Assembly (NCBI GenBank): GCA_964652475.1
Contig: CAZZCK010000003.1
Location: 3,503 to 59,177 of the forward strand
Reading direction: 5' to 3'
DNA: 55,675 nt
Source of the DNA: an uncultured Azospirillum sp.
GTDB lineage: Bacteria; Pseudomonadota; Alphaproteobacteria; Rickettsiales; UBA3002
In this document: positions 27,667 to 38,370 of the stretch, in pieces
Position numbering within the stretch: position 1 is the stretch's first letter
Layout: each line of letters starts with the position of its first letter
The notes under the pieces: generated by a model
The model's input: only the letters and a program-made list of their open reading frames with translations
What the model was told of the DNA's origin: nothing
The model's database searches: none
Made by a program: the position numbers and the translations under genes

Positions 27667-28905
27667 TTGATGCGGCGCAATAACAATAAGATGAGATGCG
27701 TGATGGTGATCGAGCATAAAAAGCGCCGGTTGCGGTTGAAATGGCTGCTACTCGCCGCGTTGATTGTCGCGACGATCTATTACGGGCCGGGGATTTTTGC
27801 GAGCGGTAAAAAACCCGATGGCCAAGCTGCAAGCGCTGGTCAGACGGCCCCCGCCGCGGTGGTGAGTATCGCCACCGTCATCCAAAAACCGGTGATCGAA
27901 TGGAGCGAATTCTCCGGCATTTTTGAGGCGGTGCGCGCGGCAGAAATCCGCCCCGAGGTGAGTGGAAAAATCACCGCCATTCATTTTGCCGATGGCGAGC
28001 AGGTGAAGAAAGGCGACCTGCTTTTTGGCATCGATTCGCGCCCATTTGAAGCGGCGTTGACCAGTGCTAAGGGAAATTTTACTCAAGCCAACGCTGCCTA
28101 TGTCCGGGCACAAACACTCATCAAGAGTAAAGCCATTTCGCGCGCCGAGTTCGAACAAACCCAAAGTGCCTATGAGCAAGCGCTGGGCGCGTTGCAAACC
28201 GCACAGGTGAACCTTGGCTACACGCGCATCAGTGCTCCCATTTCGGGTAAAATCAGTCGTGCGGAAATCACCGAAGGCAACCTGGTCGAAACCGGTGGCG
28301 CTGCCGCACCGCTGCTTGCCAGCATTGTCAGCGTTTCCCCTATCTATGCGAGCTTTGATATCGACGAGCAAACCTATTTGAACACCATCCAGGGGGTGGC
28401 GCCGGCGAAGCTCAAAACCATTCCGGTCGAGGTGGGGCTTGGCAATCAGCAAGCAACGTCACTTGCGGCGCGCATTCATTCGTTCGACAACCAGATCACC
28501 CCGGGCAGCGGCACCATTCGCGTGCGTGCGATTCTCGAGAATGCGGATGCGACATTGCTGCCGGGCCTGTTTGCCCGCGTGCGCATCGGTAAGCCGGATC
28601 AGGCCGAGGCGGTGCTCGTCAACCCGGTGGCGATCAGCACCGACCAGAGCAAGAAATTTGTGTTTGTGGTGGGCGAAGGTAACAAGGCCGAGTATCGCGA
28701 AGTGACGCTCGGTAAACTGGCGGATGGCTTGCAGATAATTACGCAAGGCTTGAAGGCGGATGAGCAGATCATTGTGAATGGCTTACAGCGTGTGCATCCC
28801 GGCGCGGCAATTCAAGGCACCGTGGTCGATATGCAAACATTAGCACCGCTCAACCCAACGTCTGCCACGGATGCTACGCCGGCAGCCGCCCCGAAAGCGC
28901 CGTAG
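27667..28905 (+). CDS. RND efflux periplasmic adaptor (membrane fusion protein)
   Basis: N-terminal TM anchor, MFP lipoyl/beta-barrel sequence (GYTRISAPISGKISRAEITEGNLV). The start may be a downstream Met. Confidence 0.88.
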   Translation: MMRRNNNKMRCVMVIEHKKRRLRLKWLLLAALIVATIYYGPGIFASGKKPDGQAASAGQTAPAAVVSIATVIQKPVIEWSEFSGIFEAVRAAEIRPEVSGKITAIHFADGEQVKKGDLLFGIDSRPFEAALTSAKGNFTQANAAYVRAQTLIKSKAISRAEFEQTQSAYEQALGALQTAQVNLGYTRISAPISGKISRAEITEGNLVETGGAAAPLLASIVSVSPIYASFDIDEQTYLNTIQGVAPAKLKTIPVEVGLGNQQATSLAARIHSFDNQITPGSGTIRVRAILENADATLLPGLFARVRIGKPDQAEAVLVNPVAISTDQSKKFVFVVGEGNKAEYREVTLGKLADGLQIITQGLKADEQIIVNGLQRVHPGAAIQGTVVDMQTLAPLNPTSATDATPAAAPKAP

Positions 28906-28906
28906 C

Positions 28907-31900
28907 ATGGCGGGGCTCGAACTGTCGCATCGCTTTATCGACCGGCCGATTTTAGCGAGCGTTCTCTCGTTTTTCATTTTTATTGCCGGCAGCATTGCGG
29001 TGTTTGTCCTACCGGTTTCGGAATATCCCGAAGTGGTGCCGCCGCAAGTGGTGGTGCGCGCGGTCTATCCGGGTGCGAACCCAAAAGTGATTGCCGATAC
29101 GGTTGCAGCGCCGCTTGAAGAGCAGATCAATGGCGTTGAGAACATGCTCTACATGGATAGCCAGGCGACGACCGACGGTGTGGTGCAAATCAATGTCACG
29201 TTTGCGCTCGGGACCGACCCGGATTTGGCGCAGCAACTGGTGCAAAATCGCGTTGCCCAGGCGACCCCGCGGCTGCCGGATGTGGTGCGCCAGCTCGGTG
29301 TGACGACGGTAAAAAGCTCGCCGAATTTTATCATGGTGGTGCATCTCATTTCGCCCAATAACCGCTACGATATTACCTACCTGCGCAATTACGGAACCAT
29401 CAACGTCAAGGACCAAATCGCGCGTATTGCCGGCATTGGTCAGGTCGAGGTGTTCGGTGGCGGGGATTACGCGATGCGGGTCTGGCTCGATGCGAGCAAA
29501 ATGGCGGCGCGCAATTTAAGTGCCTCGGATGTGACGAATGCGATCCGCGAACAGAACATCCAGATCGCGGCGGGCACCATCGGCGCGCAACCGAATGATG
29601 GCACGGTTGCCTTCGAGCTGCCGGTGAATGTGCAAGGGCGCCTAAAATCCGTTGCGGAATTTGAGGATATCATCCTCAAAGCCGATAGCAAAGGCGCGGT
29701 GATGCGGCTGAAGGACGTAGCGCGGGTCGAGCTGGGGGCGGATAATTATGCGCTGCGCTCGCTGCTCAATAACAAGCCGGCGGTTGGTCTTGGTATTTTT
29801 CAATCACCCGGCAGCAACGCGCTCGAGCTTGCCGCCAATGTCCGTGCCACTATGGAGCGGCTCAAGGCCGATTTCCCCGAGGACGTAACCTACGATATTG
29901 TCTACGACCCCACCCGCTTTGTCGAGCAATCGATCGATGCGGTGATCCATACGTTGATCGAAGCGCTGCTTCTGGTCGTGCTTGTGGTGATCGTGTTTTT
30001 GCAAACCTGGCGGGCCTCGATCATTCCGCTGTTGGCGGTGCCGATCTCAATCGTCGGCACCTTTGCGGTGATGCATCTGTTCGGCTTTTCGATCAACGCG
30101 CTGAGCCTGTTTGGCCTGGTGCTCGCGATCGGGATCGTGGTCGATGATGCGATTGTGGTCGTCGAAAATGTCGAGCGCAATATTGGCCGCGGTCTCACCC
30201 CGCGTGAGGCAACCTATCAGGCCATGCGCGAAGTCTCAGGGCCGATTATTGCGATCGCGCTGGTGCTATGCGCGGTGTTTATTCCCATCGCGTTTATCAG
30301 CGGGCTGACTGGGCAGTTTTACAAACAATTCGCCCTCACCATCGCCATCTCGACGGTGATTTCGGCGTTTAATTCGCTCACCCTTTCGCCCGCACTGGCG
30401 GCGATTTTGCTTAAACCCCATGGTGCACCGAAGGATAAACTCACCCGTGGGATCGAAACAATATTTGGCTTTATTTTTGCGCATGCGCGCTTTGTATTTA
30501 TTGCCGCTGCCATCTATATTGCCGGCACAATTCTGGGCCTGGTGCTGCTGAAGCTGTTCCCGCCGGCGATGCATGGCCCGCCACCCAAGGGAGTGATTTT
30601 CTGGTTCATCGGCACCACGGTGCTGGCGGGCGCGGCGCTGGCGATTGCAGTACTGCTGATGCTGCGCAGCCTGGTATTACGACGTGGCAGAAATGCGCCG
30701 CAAGGCTTCGCGTTATTCAATCAATTCTTTGCCAAATTATCGGATCGTTATCGCGACGTGGTCGCGGGCACGTTCCACAAAAAATTCCGCTTGGGGATTC
30801 TCTATGTGGTGCTGCTCGCCCTCACGATCGTTGGCTTTAACATTGTGCGCCCTGGCTATGTGCCCGGGCAGGATAAGCAATATCTCGTCGGCTTTGCGCA
30901 ATTGCCGCCGGGCTCCTCGCTCGATCGCGCCGAAGCGGTGATTCGCCAAATGTCCGAGATCGCGCTCAAGCAGCCGGGCGTGCAAAGCTCGGTCGCGTTT
31001 CCGGGTTTATCAATCGCGGGGTTCAGCACCAGCAGCAGTGCGGGCATTGTGTTCGTGAGCCTAGAACCGTTTGAGAAACGCCGCTCGCCGGAGCTTTCGG
31101 CCGGTGCGATCACCGGGGCGCTTAATCAGAAATTCGCCAGCATCGAAGGTGCCTTTATGGCGATTTTCCCGCCACCTCCGGTGCAGGGCTTGGGTACCAT
31201 TGGCGGCTTCAAACTACAGATTCAGGATCGCAGCGATCAGGGCTACGATGCGCTGGCCGGTGTGGTTGGGCAGGTGATGGGCAAGGCCTATCAGAACCCG
31301 GCGCTCGCACAAGTTTTCAGTTCGTTTCAAATCAATGTGCCGCAGCTCAATGTCGATATTAATCGCGTGCGCGCCAAACAATCGGGCATCGCTCTTGCCG
31401 ATTTGTTCGATACGCTGCAAATCTATCTGGGTTCGTTTTACATCAACGATGTGAATCTATTTGGCCGTACTTACCGCGTCTATGCATCGGCGGATGCAGC
31501 GTTTCGGGATAATCAAGCCGATATTGCGCAACTGAAAGTGCGCAACGCGAGCGGGCAAATGGTGCCGCTGGGGGCCCTTGCCACGGTGAGCGAAACCTAC
31601 GGGCCCGATCGCGCGACGCGCTACAATGCCTTCCGCTCGGCCGATATTAACGGCGATGCCGGGGTTGGGTTTTCCTCCGGCCAAGCGCAAGCGGCGATGG
31701 TAAAAATCCTCGATGAAACCTTGCCCAAAGGCATGACCTACGAATGGACCGATCTCACCTATCAGCAGATTCTTGCAGGCAATACGGCGCTGTTTGTCTT
31801 TCCGTTATGCGTGCTGTTTGTGTTCTTGGTGCTCGCCGCGCAATACGAGAGCCTCAGTCTGCCATTGGCGGTGATCCTGATTGTGCCGCTATGTTTATTC

Positions 31901-32317
31901 GGCGCAATCTGGGGCGTGTGGTTGAGCGGGCATGAGAATAATATTTTTACCCAGATCGGATTTATCGTGCTGGTGGGCCTCGCCTGTAAAAACGCGATCC
32001 TGATCGTCGAATTCGCGCGTGAGCTTGAGCATCAGGGCATGAGCATTGTGGAGGCGGCGCTTGAGGCGAGCCATCTGCGCCTCAGGCCGATTTTGATGAC
32101 GAGCATCGCCTTCATCATGGGCGTGATTCCGCTCGTCATCGCGAAGGGGGCAGGGGCCGAAATGCGCCAGGATATGGGCATCGCCGTCTTCTCGGGTATG
32201 ATTGGGGTGACCGCCTTTGGCCTCATCCTGACGCCTATGTTTTATGTGATCGTGCGTAAAGCGACAGTATATTTCTTCCCGCCGAAAGTACCGCCGGTGG
32301 AGGTGCCGCATGCGTAG
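28907..32317 (+). CDS. RND (HAE1-type) efflux permease with an ~84-aa extra hydrophobic insertion
   Basis: AcrB-like sequence throughout (FIDRPILA, VVDDAIVVVEN). Start set at MAGLELSHRFIDRP (ATG 28907). Confidence 0.92.
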   Translation: MAGLELSHRFIDRPILASVLSFFIFIAGSIAVFVLPVSEYPEVVPPQVVVRAVYPGANPKVIADTVAAPLEEQINGVENMLYMDSQATTDGVVQINVTFALGTDPDLAQQLVQNRVAQATPRLPDVVRQLGVTTVKSSPNFIMVVHLISPNNRYDITYLRNYGTINVKDQIARIAGIGQVEVFGGGDYAMRVWLDASKMAARNLSASDVTNAIREQNIQIAAGTIGAQPNDGTVAFELPVNVQGRLKSVAEFEDIILKADSKGAVMRLKDVARVELGADNYALRSLLNNKPAVGLGIFQSPGSNALELAANVRATMERLKADFPEDVTYDIVYDPTRFVEQSIDAVIHTLIEALLLVVLVVIVFLQTWRASIIPLLAVPISIVGTFAVMHLFGFSINALSLFGLVLAIGIVVDDAIVVVENVERNIGRGLTPREATYQAMREVSGPIIAIALVLCAVFIPIAFISGLTGQFYKQFALTIAISTVISAFNSLTLSPALAAILLKPHGAPKDKLTRGIETIFGFIFAHARFVFIAAAIYIAGTILGLVLLKLFPPAMHGPPPKGVIFWFIGTTVLAGAALAIAVLLMLRSLVLRRGRNAPQGFALFNQFFAKLSDRYRDVVAGTFHKKFRLGILYVVLLALTIVGFNIVRPGYVPGQDKQYLVGFAQLPPGSSLDRAEAVIRQMSEIALKQPGVQSSVAFPGLSIAGFSTSSSAGIVFVSLEPFEKRRSPELSAGAITGALNQKFASIEGAFMAIFPPPPVQGLGTIGGFKLQIQDRSDQGYDALAGVVGQVMGKAYQNPALAQVFSSFQINVPQLNVDINRVRAKQSGIALADLFDTLQIYLGSFYINDVNLFGRTYRVYASADAAFRDNQADIAQLKVRNASGQMVPLGALATVSETYGPDRATRYNAFRSADINGDAGVGFSSGQAQAAMVKILDETLPKGMTYEWTDLTYQQILAGNTALFVFPLCVLFVFLVLAAQYESLSLPLAVILIVPLCLFGAIWGVWLSGHENNIFTQIGFIVLVGLACKNAILIVEFARELEHQGMSIVEAALEASHLRLRPILMTSIAFIMGVIPLVIAKGAGAEMRQDMGIAVFSGMIGVTAFGLILTPMFYVIVRKATVYFFPPKVPPVEVPHA

Positions 32318-33833
32318 ATGGTGGTTAAGTAGTGCGATGATACTGCTCACGGCCTGTGATCTCGCGCCGGAATATCAACTGCCTGAAATCACCCTTCCGG
32401 CGATGTTCAAAGAAGATGCGAGTGAAGCAGCGGCGGATGTTGCCCCCGCGACCGATGGGGCCTGGAAACGCGTCGATGATACCGCAAAAATCGAGGAGTT
32501 CGCCTGGTGGCGGATGTTCAACGATACCCAGCTTGATCAGCTGATGGAACAGGCGATGAAGGATAACCCGTCGCTTGCGGTCGCGATTGAGCGGGTGAAT
32601 GCCGCGCGGGCGGTGACGGATACGGCCTTTGCTGCATTGCTGCCGAGCGTTGGGGTTGGCTTTGGCCCCGAGCGGCGGCTCTCACCATCAGCGCAAATTA
32701 ACTCGAACCTGCCACCCAACGCGCAAATCGACACCAAGCCCTTCACCCTCTACACGGTGCAAGGTAGCATCAGTTACGACCTCGACCTCTTTGGCCAAAA
32801 CCGTGGCCGCGTGCGCGCCGCGAAGGCAGAGGCCGCTGGGGAACTCAACAATTACCGCGCCGTGCGCCTGAGTTTGCAAGCCGAGATCGCGCAAGCTTAC
32901 TATCGCATCATGGCGCTGCGGGCGGAGGATCGGATTGTCAGCCAAACCCTGGCTGCGCGCGAACAAACCCTGAAGTTCATTCAGCAAAAACATGCCGCCG
33001 GCGCGGTCGATGCGTTAGTGCTATCGCAAACGCAGGTGGATGTCGCTACCGCAAAAGCCGAGAGCGCCACGGTCGCGCAAGCGCTCAGTGTTGCAGAGCA
33101 TGGGCTTGCTGTATTGCTCGGTAAGCTGCCGTCTGAACTCACCCTCGCCACCGCGGAGATTAAAGCCGAACCGCCGACAATTCCAGCCGGGATTCCGTCA
33201 TCGCTACTCGAACGGCGGCCGGATATTCAGCAAGCCGTGACCTTGATCGCGGCGGCGAACGAGCGTATCGGCGTCGCGCGTGGTGGCTATTTTCCCGATA
33301 TTTCTCTCTCGGCGACGGGCGGCTTTGTCTCGGGCAGCTTGAGCAATCTTTTCAACTGGTCGAACCGCACCTGGGCGATTGGGCCACTTGCGGGCACGAT
33401 TCTCACCCAACCGATTTTTGAGGGCGGTAAAATTGCTGCGGCGCGTGCGCAAACGCAGGCCGATTATCAGGCGGCGGTGGCGACCTATCGCGCATCCGTG
33501 CTCACTGCCTTTCGCGAGGTCGAGGATCAGCTCAGTGGGGTGCGTAATGTGAGCGCGCAGTCGCGTGCGACGGCGGATGCGCTCGGTGCCGCCAGCCGTG
33601 CCCATGCGGTCGCCCGCGCGCGTTTCGATAGTGGCTATAGCAGCCGCTTGGAATATCTCGAGGCGGATCGCCAGTTGCTTGCGGCCAAACGCGCCCAAGT
33701 GCAAGCCCGCGGTCAGCAATTCATCACCACGATCCAACTGGTGAAAGCGCTCGGCGGCAGTTGGCAAACGTCGCCAAGCCCCAAAAAAACGGGTGAGGCC
33801 GCGCCAGCAGCACCACCCGAAAAATCAAATTAG
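32310..33833 (+). CDS. RND efflux outer-membrane lipoprotein (NodT/OprM family)
   Basis: Lipobox LLTAC and OMF repeats (RPDIQQA, FPDISLSA). 8-nt overlap with the pump gene. Confidence 0.9.
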   Translation: MRRWWLSSAMILLTACDLAPEYQLPEITLPAMFKEDASEAAADVAPATDGAWKRVDDTAKIEEFAWWRMFNDTQLDQLMEQAMKDNPSLAVAIERVNAARAVTDTAFAALLPSVGVGFGPERRLSPSAQINSNLPPNAQIDTKPFTLYTVQGSISYDLDLFGQNRGRVRAAKAEAAGELNNYRAVRLSLQAEIAQAYYRIMALRAEDRIVSQTLAAREQTLKFIQQKHAAGAVDALVLSQTQVDVATAKAESATVAQALSVAEHGLAVLLGKLPSELTLATAEIKAEPPTIPAGIPSSLLERRPDIQQAVTLIAAANERIGVARGGYFPDISLSATGGFVSGSLSNLFNWSNRTWAIGPLAGTILTQPIFEGGKIAAARAQTQADYQAAVATYRASVLTAFREVEDQLSGVRNVSAQSRATADALGAASRAHAVARARFDSGYSSRLEYLEADRQLLAAKRAQVQARGQQFITTIQLVKALGGSWQTSPSPKKTGEAAPAAPPEKSN

Positions 33834-35102
33834 TTACCCGCTTTTCGCGTCGGCATGAATCACCAGTCGGCGCAATTCGCCGCAGCGCCAACGGGTGATG
33901 GCAACAACCAGTAGCGTCATCCCCCCGCCAAAAATAATCGACGGCACCAGGCCCATGACGCTCGCCGCGACACCGGATTCAAACGCCCCGATTTCGTTGC
34001 TCGATATAATAAACATCCCGTTGAGCGACGAGACTCTGCCACGCATCGCGTCGGGGATCGTCAGCTGCATGATCGTGCTGCGCATGACCATGCTCACGCT
34101 ATCGAACGCGCCGGCGATGGCAAGAAACGTGGCCGCGGCAAAAAAATCCGTGCTTAAGCCAAAGCAAATCATCGCCACCCCAAAGCCGGTGATGACCAAA
34201 AGCAGGCGTGACCCGCGCAGCGTCTTCATGGGGTGCAGAGCAAAATACAGGGCAGTGATGATCGAGCCAATCGCCGGTGCCGCGCGCAATAAGCCGAGCC
34301 CCTCCGCCTCAAGATGCAGTACCTGATCGGCGAATACGGGCAGCACCGCAATCGCACCGCCAAAGAGTACCGCGAACATATCAAGCGTCATGATCGGCAG
34401 CAGCACGCGATTATGAATCACAAAGCGCCACCCCGCAGCAATACTTTTGAGTGCCGGTTCACCGTTATGGGTGTTTTTGAATTGGCGGTGCGGGCTGCTG
34501 ATACTGCTGATCGCGACCAGGCCAATCAATAAAAACGTGACGGGAATGCACCAGGCGATGCTGGCACCATAGCCACCATAGATCAGCCCAGCCGTGGCAG
34601 GGCCGCTGATTGCAGCCAGCTGAAAGCCGCTTGAAAGCCAGGCGGTGGCGGCGGGAATATCATGCCGCGGCACAATGCGCGATAATAGCGTAAACGAGGA
34701 GGGCATGAGGAAGCTACGCGTCAGGCCCGAGAGAAAAACCGCGGTAAATAGGGCGATGAGAATCACCCGATCCGGCGCGTGAATGAATCCTCCGGCAATT
34801 ACAAGCAGCAAAAATGAAATCGTCGCCAGTGCCATCAGGCAGTTGCGCGAAACGCGGTGCGGGCGGCTTTTATCGACAATATGGCCAGCAAAGAGGGCAA
34901 ACACAATTGCAGGCACCGCTTCTGCCAGCCCAACCAAACCAAGCATCAACGGGCTTTTGGTTAAGCTATAGACCTGCCAGCCGACAATCACCGCCTGCGC
35001 TTGCAGGGCAAAAATAGCGGCGACCCGTGTTGCCAGTAAGCGGCGAAAATCACGGTTGCGTAAGACATCGTACGAAAGGGCCATGGTGGGCTTATAACGC
35101 AA
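33834..35102 (-). CDS. MFS transporter (EntS/MFS_3-like)
   Basis: About 12 predicted TM segments and N-terminal VLRNRDFRRLL typical of this MFS subfamily. The start may be 35084. Confidence 0.85.
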   Translation of the reverse strand: MRYKPTMALSYDVLRNRDFRRLLATRVAAIFALQAQAVIVGWQVYSLTKSPLMLGLVGLAEAVPAIVFALFAGHIVDKSRPHRVSRNCLMALATISFLLLVIAGGFIHAPDRVILIALFTAVFLSGLTRSFLMPSSFTLLSRIVPRHDIPAATAWLSSGFQLAAISGPATAGLIYGGYGASIAWCIPVTFLLIGLVAISSISSPHRQFKNTHNGEPALKSIAAGWRFVIHNRVLLPIMTLDMFAVLFGGAIAVLPVFADQVLHLEAEGLGLLRAAPAIGSIITALYFALHPMKTLRGSRLLLVITGFGVAMICFGLSTDFFAAATFLAIAGAFDSVSMVMRSTIMQLTIPDAMRGRVSSLNGMFIISSNEIGAFESGVAASVMGLVPSIIFGGGMTLLVVAITRWRCGELRRLVIHADAKSG

Positions 35103-35222
35103 CCGGCGTCAAAGGCAAATAGACTCAAAGCATGACGCGGCGGGTCATGGCATCCGCGAATATTTGACTTCCCGTCGGGCCTATGTTTTGGTGGCCCCGA
35201 TTGAACTATCCGAGGGTTACTC

Positions 35223-36713
35223 ATGGCATCGCAATTAGCTCCTGCTTCTCAAGAAACCGGTCATTCACCAATCAAAACGCTCGGCGCACTGCTCGGGTTT
35301 GTAATTGCTGGCATCATGCTCACGCTGCCTGCACCCGAAGGACTAAGCGCCGACGGTTGGAAGGTGCTGGCCATCATGGCGCTGATGGTAATCTGGTGGT
35401 GCACCGAAGCCGTGCCGGTTGCGGCTACGGCCCTGATTCCGATTGTAGCCATTCCGTTGCTTGGTCTAGGCAATGTCGATGAGGCGGCGCAGGGCTTCAC
35501 TAACGAAGCGGTATTCCTGCCGCTCGGCGGATTTATTCTTGGCATTGCGATTCAGCGCTGGAACCTGCATGCGCGCATCGCCCTTGCCACCGTGCGTTTG
35601 GTGGGTACTTCGCCGATACGGGTGGTGGGGGGCTTTATGCTAGCCACCGCGCTGGTCTCGATGTGGATCAGCAATACGGCGACGGCGGTGATGATGCTGC
35701 CGATCGCGTTGTCGGTCGCCCATTTTTTAATGCGTGAGGGTCAAGGTAGCGAGCAAGATAAAAAACATTTCGGCATCTGCCTGATGATTGGTATTGCCTA
35801 TGCGGCGAGCATGGGGGGCATGATGACGCTGGTCGGCACCGGCACCAATGTGCTGTATAAAGGTTTTGTTGAGCAGCAGCTTGGAGTAACCATCGGCTTT
35901 GGGCAATGGATGCTGATCGGCGTGCCGATTGGCCTCACCATGTTGCTTGCCATCTGGATTGGGATGACACGCTTTATTTTTCCGACCCATCTCAAACAGC
36001 ATGATGCCATTGATGGCCTGATCGATAGTCAGGTGCGCGCGCTTGGCCCGATGCGTGCGCCTGAAAAACGCACCGCGGCTATTTTTCTGATCACTGCTTG
36101 TTTATGGATTTTTGGCGATACATTAAACTCTGTACTGTCGCCGCTGAAACTCAACGATGCCTCCGTTGCCATTGCCGCGGCGATTGCGCTGTTCCTCTTG
36201 CCTTCGGGTGAGGCAAAGGGCGAGAAATTGCTGCAGTGGCAAGACGCCAAGGAAGTGCCATGGGGCATTTTGATTTTGCTTGCCGGGGGCCTCTCCATCG
36301 CCGGGTTTATCGAAAGCTCGGGCCTTGCGCAGTGGCTTGGCAATCATGCCGCGGCGCTCGGCGATGTTCCGGTCTGGCTGCTGATTATTCTCGCCACCGC
36401 GACGATTATTATTGTCACCGAGTTGATGAGCAATGTCGCTACCCTCACCGCCAGCTTGCCGATCTTTGCCGCGACCGCCACCGGGCTTGGCACCGACCCA
36501 CTGGCCTTTACCATTCCGCTCGCGTTTGCGGCGTCGTGCGCCTTCATGCTGCCGATTTCGACGCCACCTAATGCGATTGTGTTCGGTTCGGGCTTGCTGC
36601 GCATTTCTGAGATGGCGCGCGCCGGGGTTATTTTCAACGTCGTGTCGCTGGTGGTGATTACGCTCCTGTGCGCATGGCTGGTGCCGCTGGTGTTTGCGCC
36701 CGTTGCTCCCTAA
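35223..36713 (+). CDS. DASS/SLC13-family anion:sodium symporter
   Basis: Duplicated hairpin motifs SNTATAVMMLPI and SNVATLTASLPI. 496 aa polytopic protein. Confidence 0.88.
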   Translation: MASQLAPASQETGHSPIKTLGALLGFVIAGIMLTLPAPEGLSADGWKVLAIMALMVIWWCTEAVPVAATALIPIVAIPLLGLGNVDEAAQGFTNEAVFLPLGGFILGIAIQRWNLHARIALATVRLVGTSPIRVVGGFMLATALVSMWISNTATAVMMLPIALSVAHFLMREGQGSEQDKKHFGICLMIGIAYAASMGGMMTLVGTGTNVLYKGFVEQQLGVTIGFGQWMLIGVPIGLTMLLAIWIGMTRFIFPTHLKQHDAIDGLIDSQVRALGPMRAPEKRTAAIFLITACLWIFGDTLNSVLSPLKLNDASVAIAAAIALFLLPSGEAKGEKLLQWQDAKEVPWGILILLAGGLSIAGFIESSGLAQWLGNHAAALGDVPVWLLIILATATIIIVTELMSNVATLTASLPIFAATATGLGTDPLAFTIPLAFAASCAFMLPISTPPNAIVFGSGLLRISEMARAGVIFNVVSLVVITLLCAWLVPLVFAPVAP

Positions 36714-38079
36714 GGGCTGCGGTGCGCGCGCCGTGAATGGCGGGGTCGGAGGGTGCCTCGCTTGTCGGTGGCAGTGGTCTGTCGGCGGTGCGAAGCTCGC
36801 GCTGCAAATGTTCATACACCTCGCCAAAGCTTAAGCCGTCATCCTTGATCGCGTGCTGATAGAGCGCGCTCAGTTTCGCTAAGGCGACATCGCGCTCTTC
36901 GGGCGGGATATGGTTAAGCGCCAAGGCTGCATGATGCTCGAGCTCATCCCAATCGACGGTTTTCGTCGAGAACGGCGCAAAGACTTTGGTCACAAATCCG
37001 GTCGCAAAGGCACAGACGGCAACAAAGCGCATCGGGCTTAAAATACGGATATCCGAAGGCCGGATCCCTTTCCAATTCTTCCACTGCATCACCTCGCTGA
37101 AGGGGCGATAATGCTTCTTGACCGAAGCGATCCCGATGCGGTCGAAATCGGCTTTGACCTCAGCAAAGCTACCGGTATGGATCTGTTTGAGATGCACCGA
37201 ATTGAGCATGTTGAAGGCCTGGCCGGTCCATTCCATGATGCCCGAGAGAATATTGCTGTTCTCGCGCAGTTTGGTCAGGCGTGACTTTTCCGATTCCGGC
37301 GTATCCTCGTCCTTATCGATCCCCGCGAAGGTCACAATTTTCGAGGACCATTGCAGATGCCCCATCGTCCGGTCGACCCAGTTATTGCCGCGCGTGCCGA
37401 GAAAAATCTGCGAGCCAAACTTCATCCCGTCGCTGATGATCATGTTATTGGCATTAACAAAGCGATTGAGCTTGCTTGCCTCACTCAAGGCTTTCGCTGG
37501 CGCTTTCACCTCGGCTTCGGTGGGCGCTAGGTAATCGGATTGCTCGCGTGTCAGCAGCAAATCGGCCTGATGGCGCAGCCGTTCGGTTTTGGCGCGATCG
37601 GTGCGTTGCTGCGTGCCATAGCCAACGGTAATCAGGTTCGAGGCCATGCTGATCGCCGAGGATTGGTTCAGCACCGGATTTTTTTCGCGGTATCCGGCAA
37701 ATTGCTGCATGATCTGGCCGAAGGTGCCGAAAATTCCCCGCCAGCGATTAAGGTCGCTTAGCCCCTGCGGCGCTTGTTTTGGCTGCGAGCTATCGGCCTC
37801 AAACCCGCCGCCCAGTGCGGTGGCAAGGGCTTGAATATCGGGGGCCTTATCGGGTGCAAAGCGATAGATGCGGGTGTGGTTTTTCTCGTGCGTCACATCG
37901 CATAAAAGCTTCGCATGCTGCGCGGCGAGGGTGGTATCGGCGGTTGAATCCGCGCCGTTTTGCATTTCAAGCACGCACAATACACCCTCACTGTCGCGCA
38001 GCATTTCAATGCGCGAGATGGGGGCATTCGCATGGCGATGTTTCAGGCGATTCACGCAACTCCTGGTCAAAGCACTCAA
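36658..38079 (-). CDS. Hypothetical protein (473 aa ORFan)
   Basis: Long uninterrupted ORF with no recognised motif. Its 3' end overlaps the convergent DASS gene by 56 nt. Confidence 0.55.
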   Translation of the reverse strand: MSALTRSCVNRLKHRHANAPISRIEMLRDSEGVLCVLEMQNGADSTADTTLAAQHAKLLCDVTHEKNHTRIYRFAPDKAPDIQALATALGGGFEADSSQPKQAPQGLSDLNRWRGIFGTFGQIMQQFAGYREKNPVLNQSSAISMASNLITVGYGTQQRTDRAKTERLRHQADLLLTREQSDYLAPTEAEVKAPAKALSEASKLNRFVNANNMIISDGMKFGSQIFLGTRGNNWVDRTMGHLQWSSKIVTFAGIDKDEDTPESEKSRLTKLRENSNILSGIMEWTGQAFNMLNSVHLKQIHTGSFAEVKADFDRIGIASVKKHYRPFSEVMQWKNWKGIRPSDIRILSPMRFVAVCAFATGFVTKVFAPFSTKTVDWDELEHHAALALNHIPPEERDVALAKLSALYQHAIKDDGLSFGEVYEHLQRELRTADRPLPPTSEAPSDPAIHGARTAALREQRAQTPAAPAMRTGA

Positions 38080-38370
38080 AAAAGCCGAGTGTCTCAGCCT
38101 TCAGGGTAGCAAAAATTGCCCCCAACCGCACCCGGGGATATGTGAAGTTTTTGTGACAAGAGCCATGCAATCTAGCCGCTTAACGCCTTAACAATCCTTA
38201 GGGTTATGGCCTTAAGCGACCCCATAACCAAGAAAATCAGCCAAATATTGATTCCGGCGGTGGTAAAAAATTGCGTCCCAATAGCAATCCCAAGTTGCAA
38301 GTCGTATATCGCATATCTATTATGCATGTCCGTGGTGTGTAACTCTAGCTATCGAGTATTTGAGAAAAAA

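Noticed and set aside
36658-36713. 56-nt convergent overlap of the DASS transporter and the 473-aa ORFan as evidence of a frameshift or pseudogene.
   Set aside because: Both ORFs are intact, and the transporter C-terminus looks complete. The overlap affects only the low-complexity tail of the ORFan. It is noted as a caveat rather than called a pseudogene.
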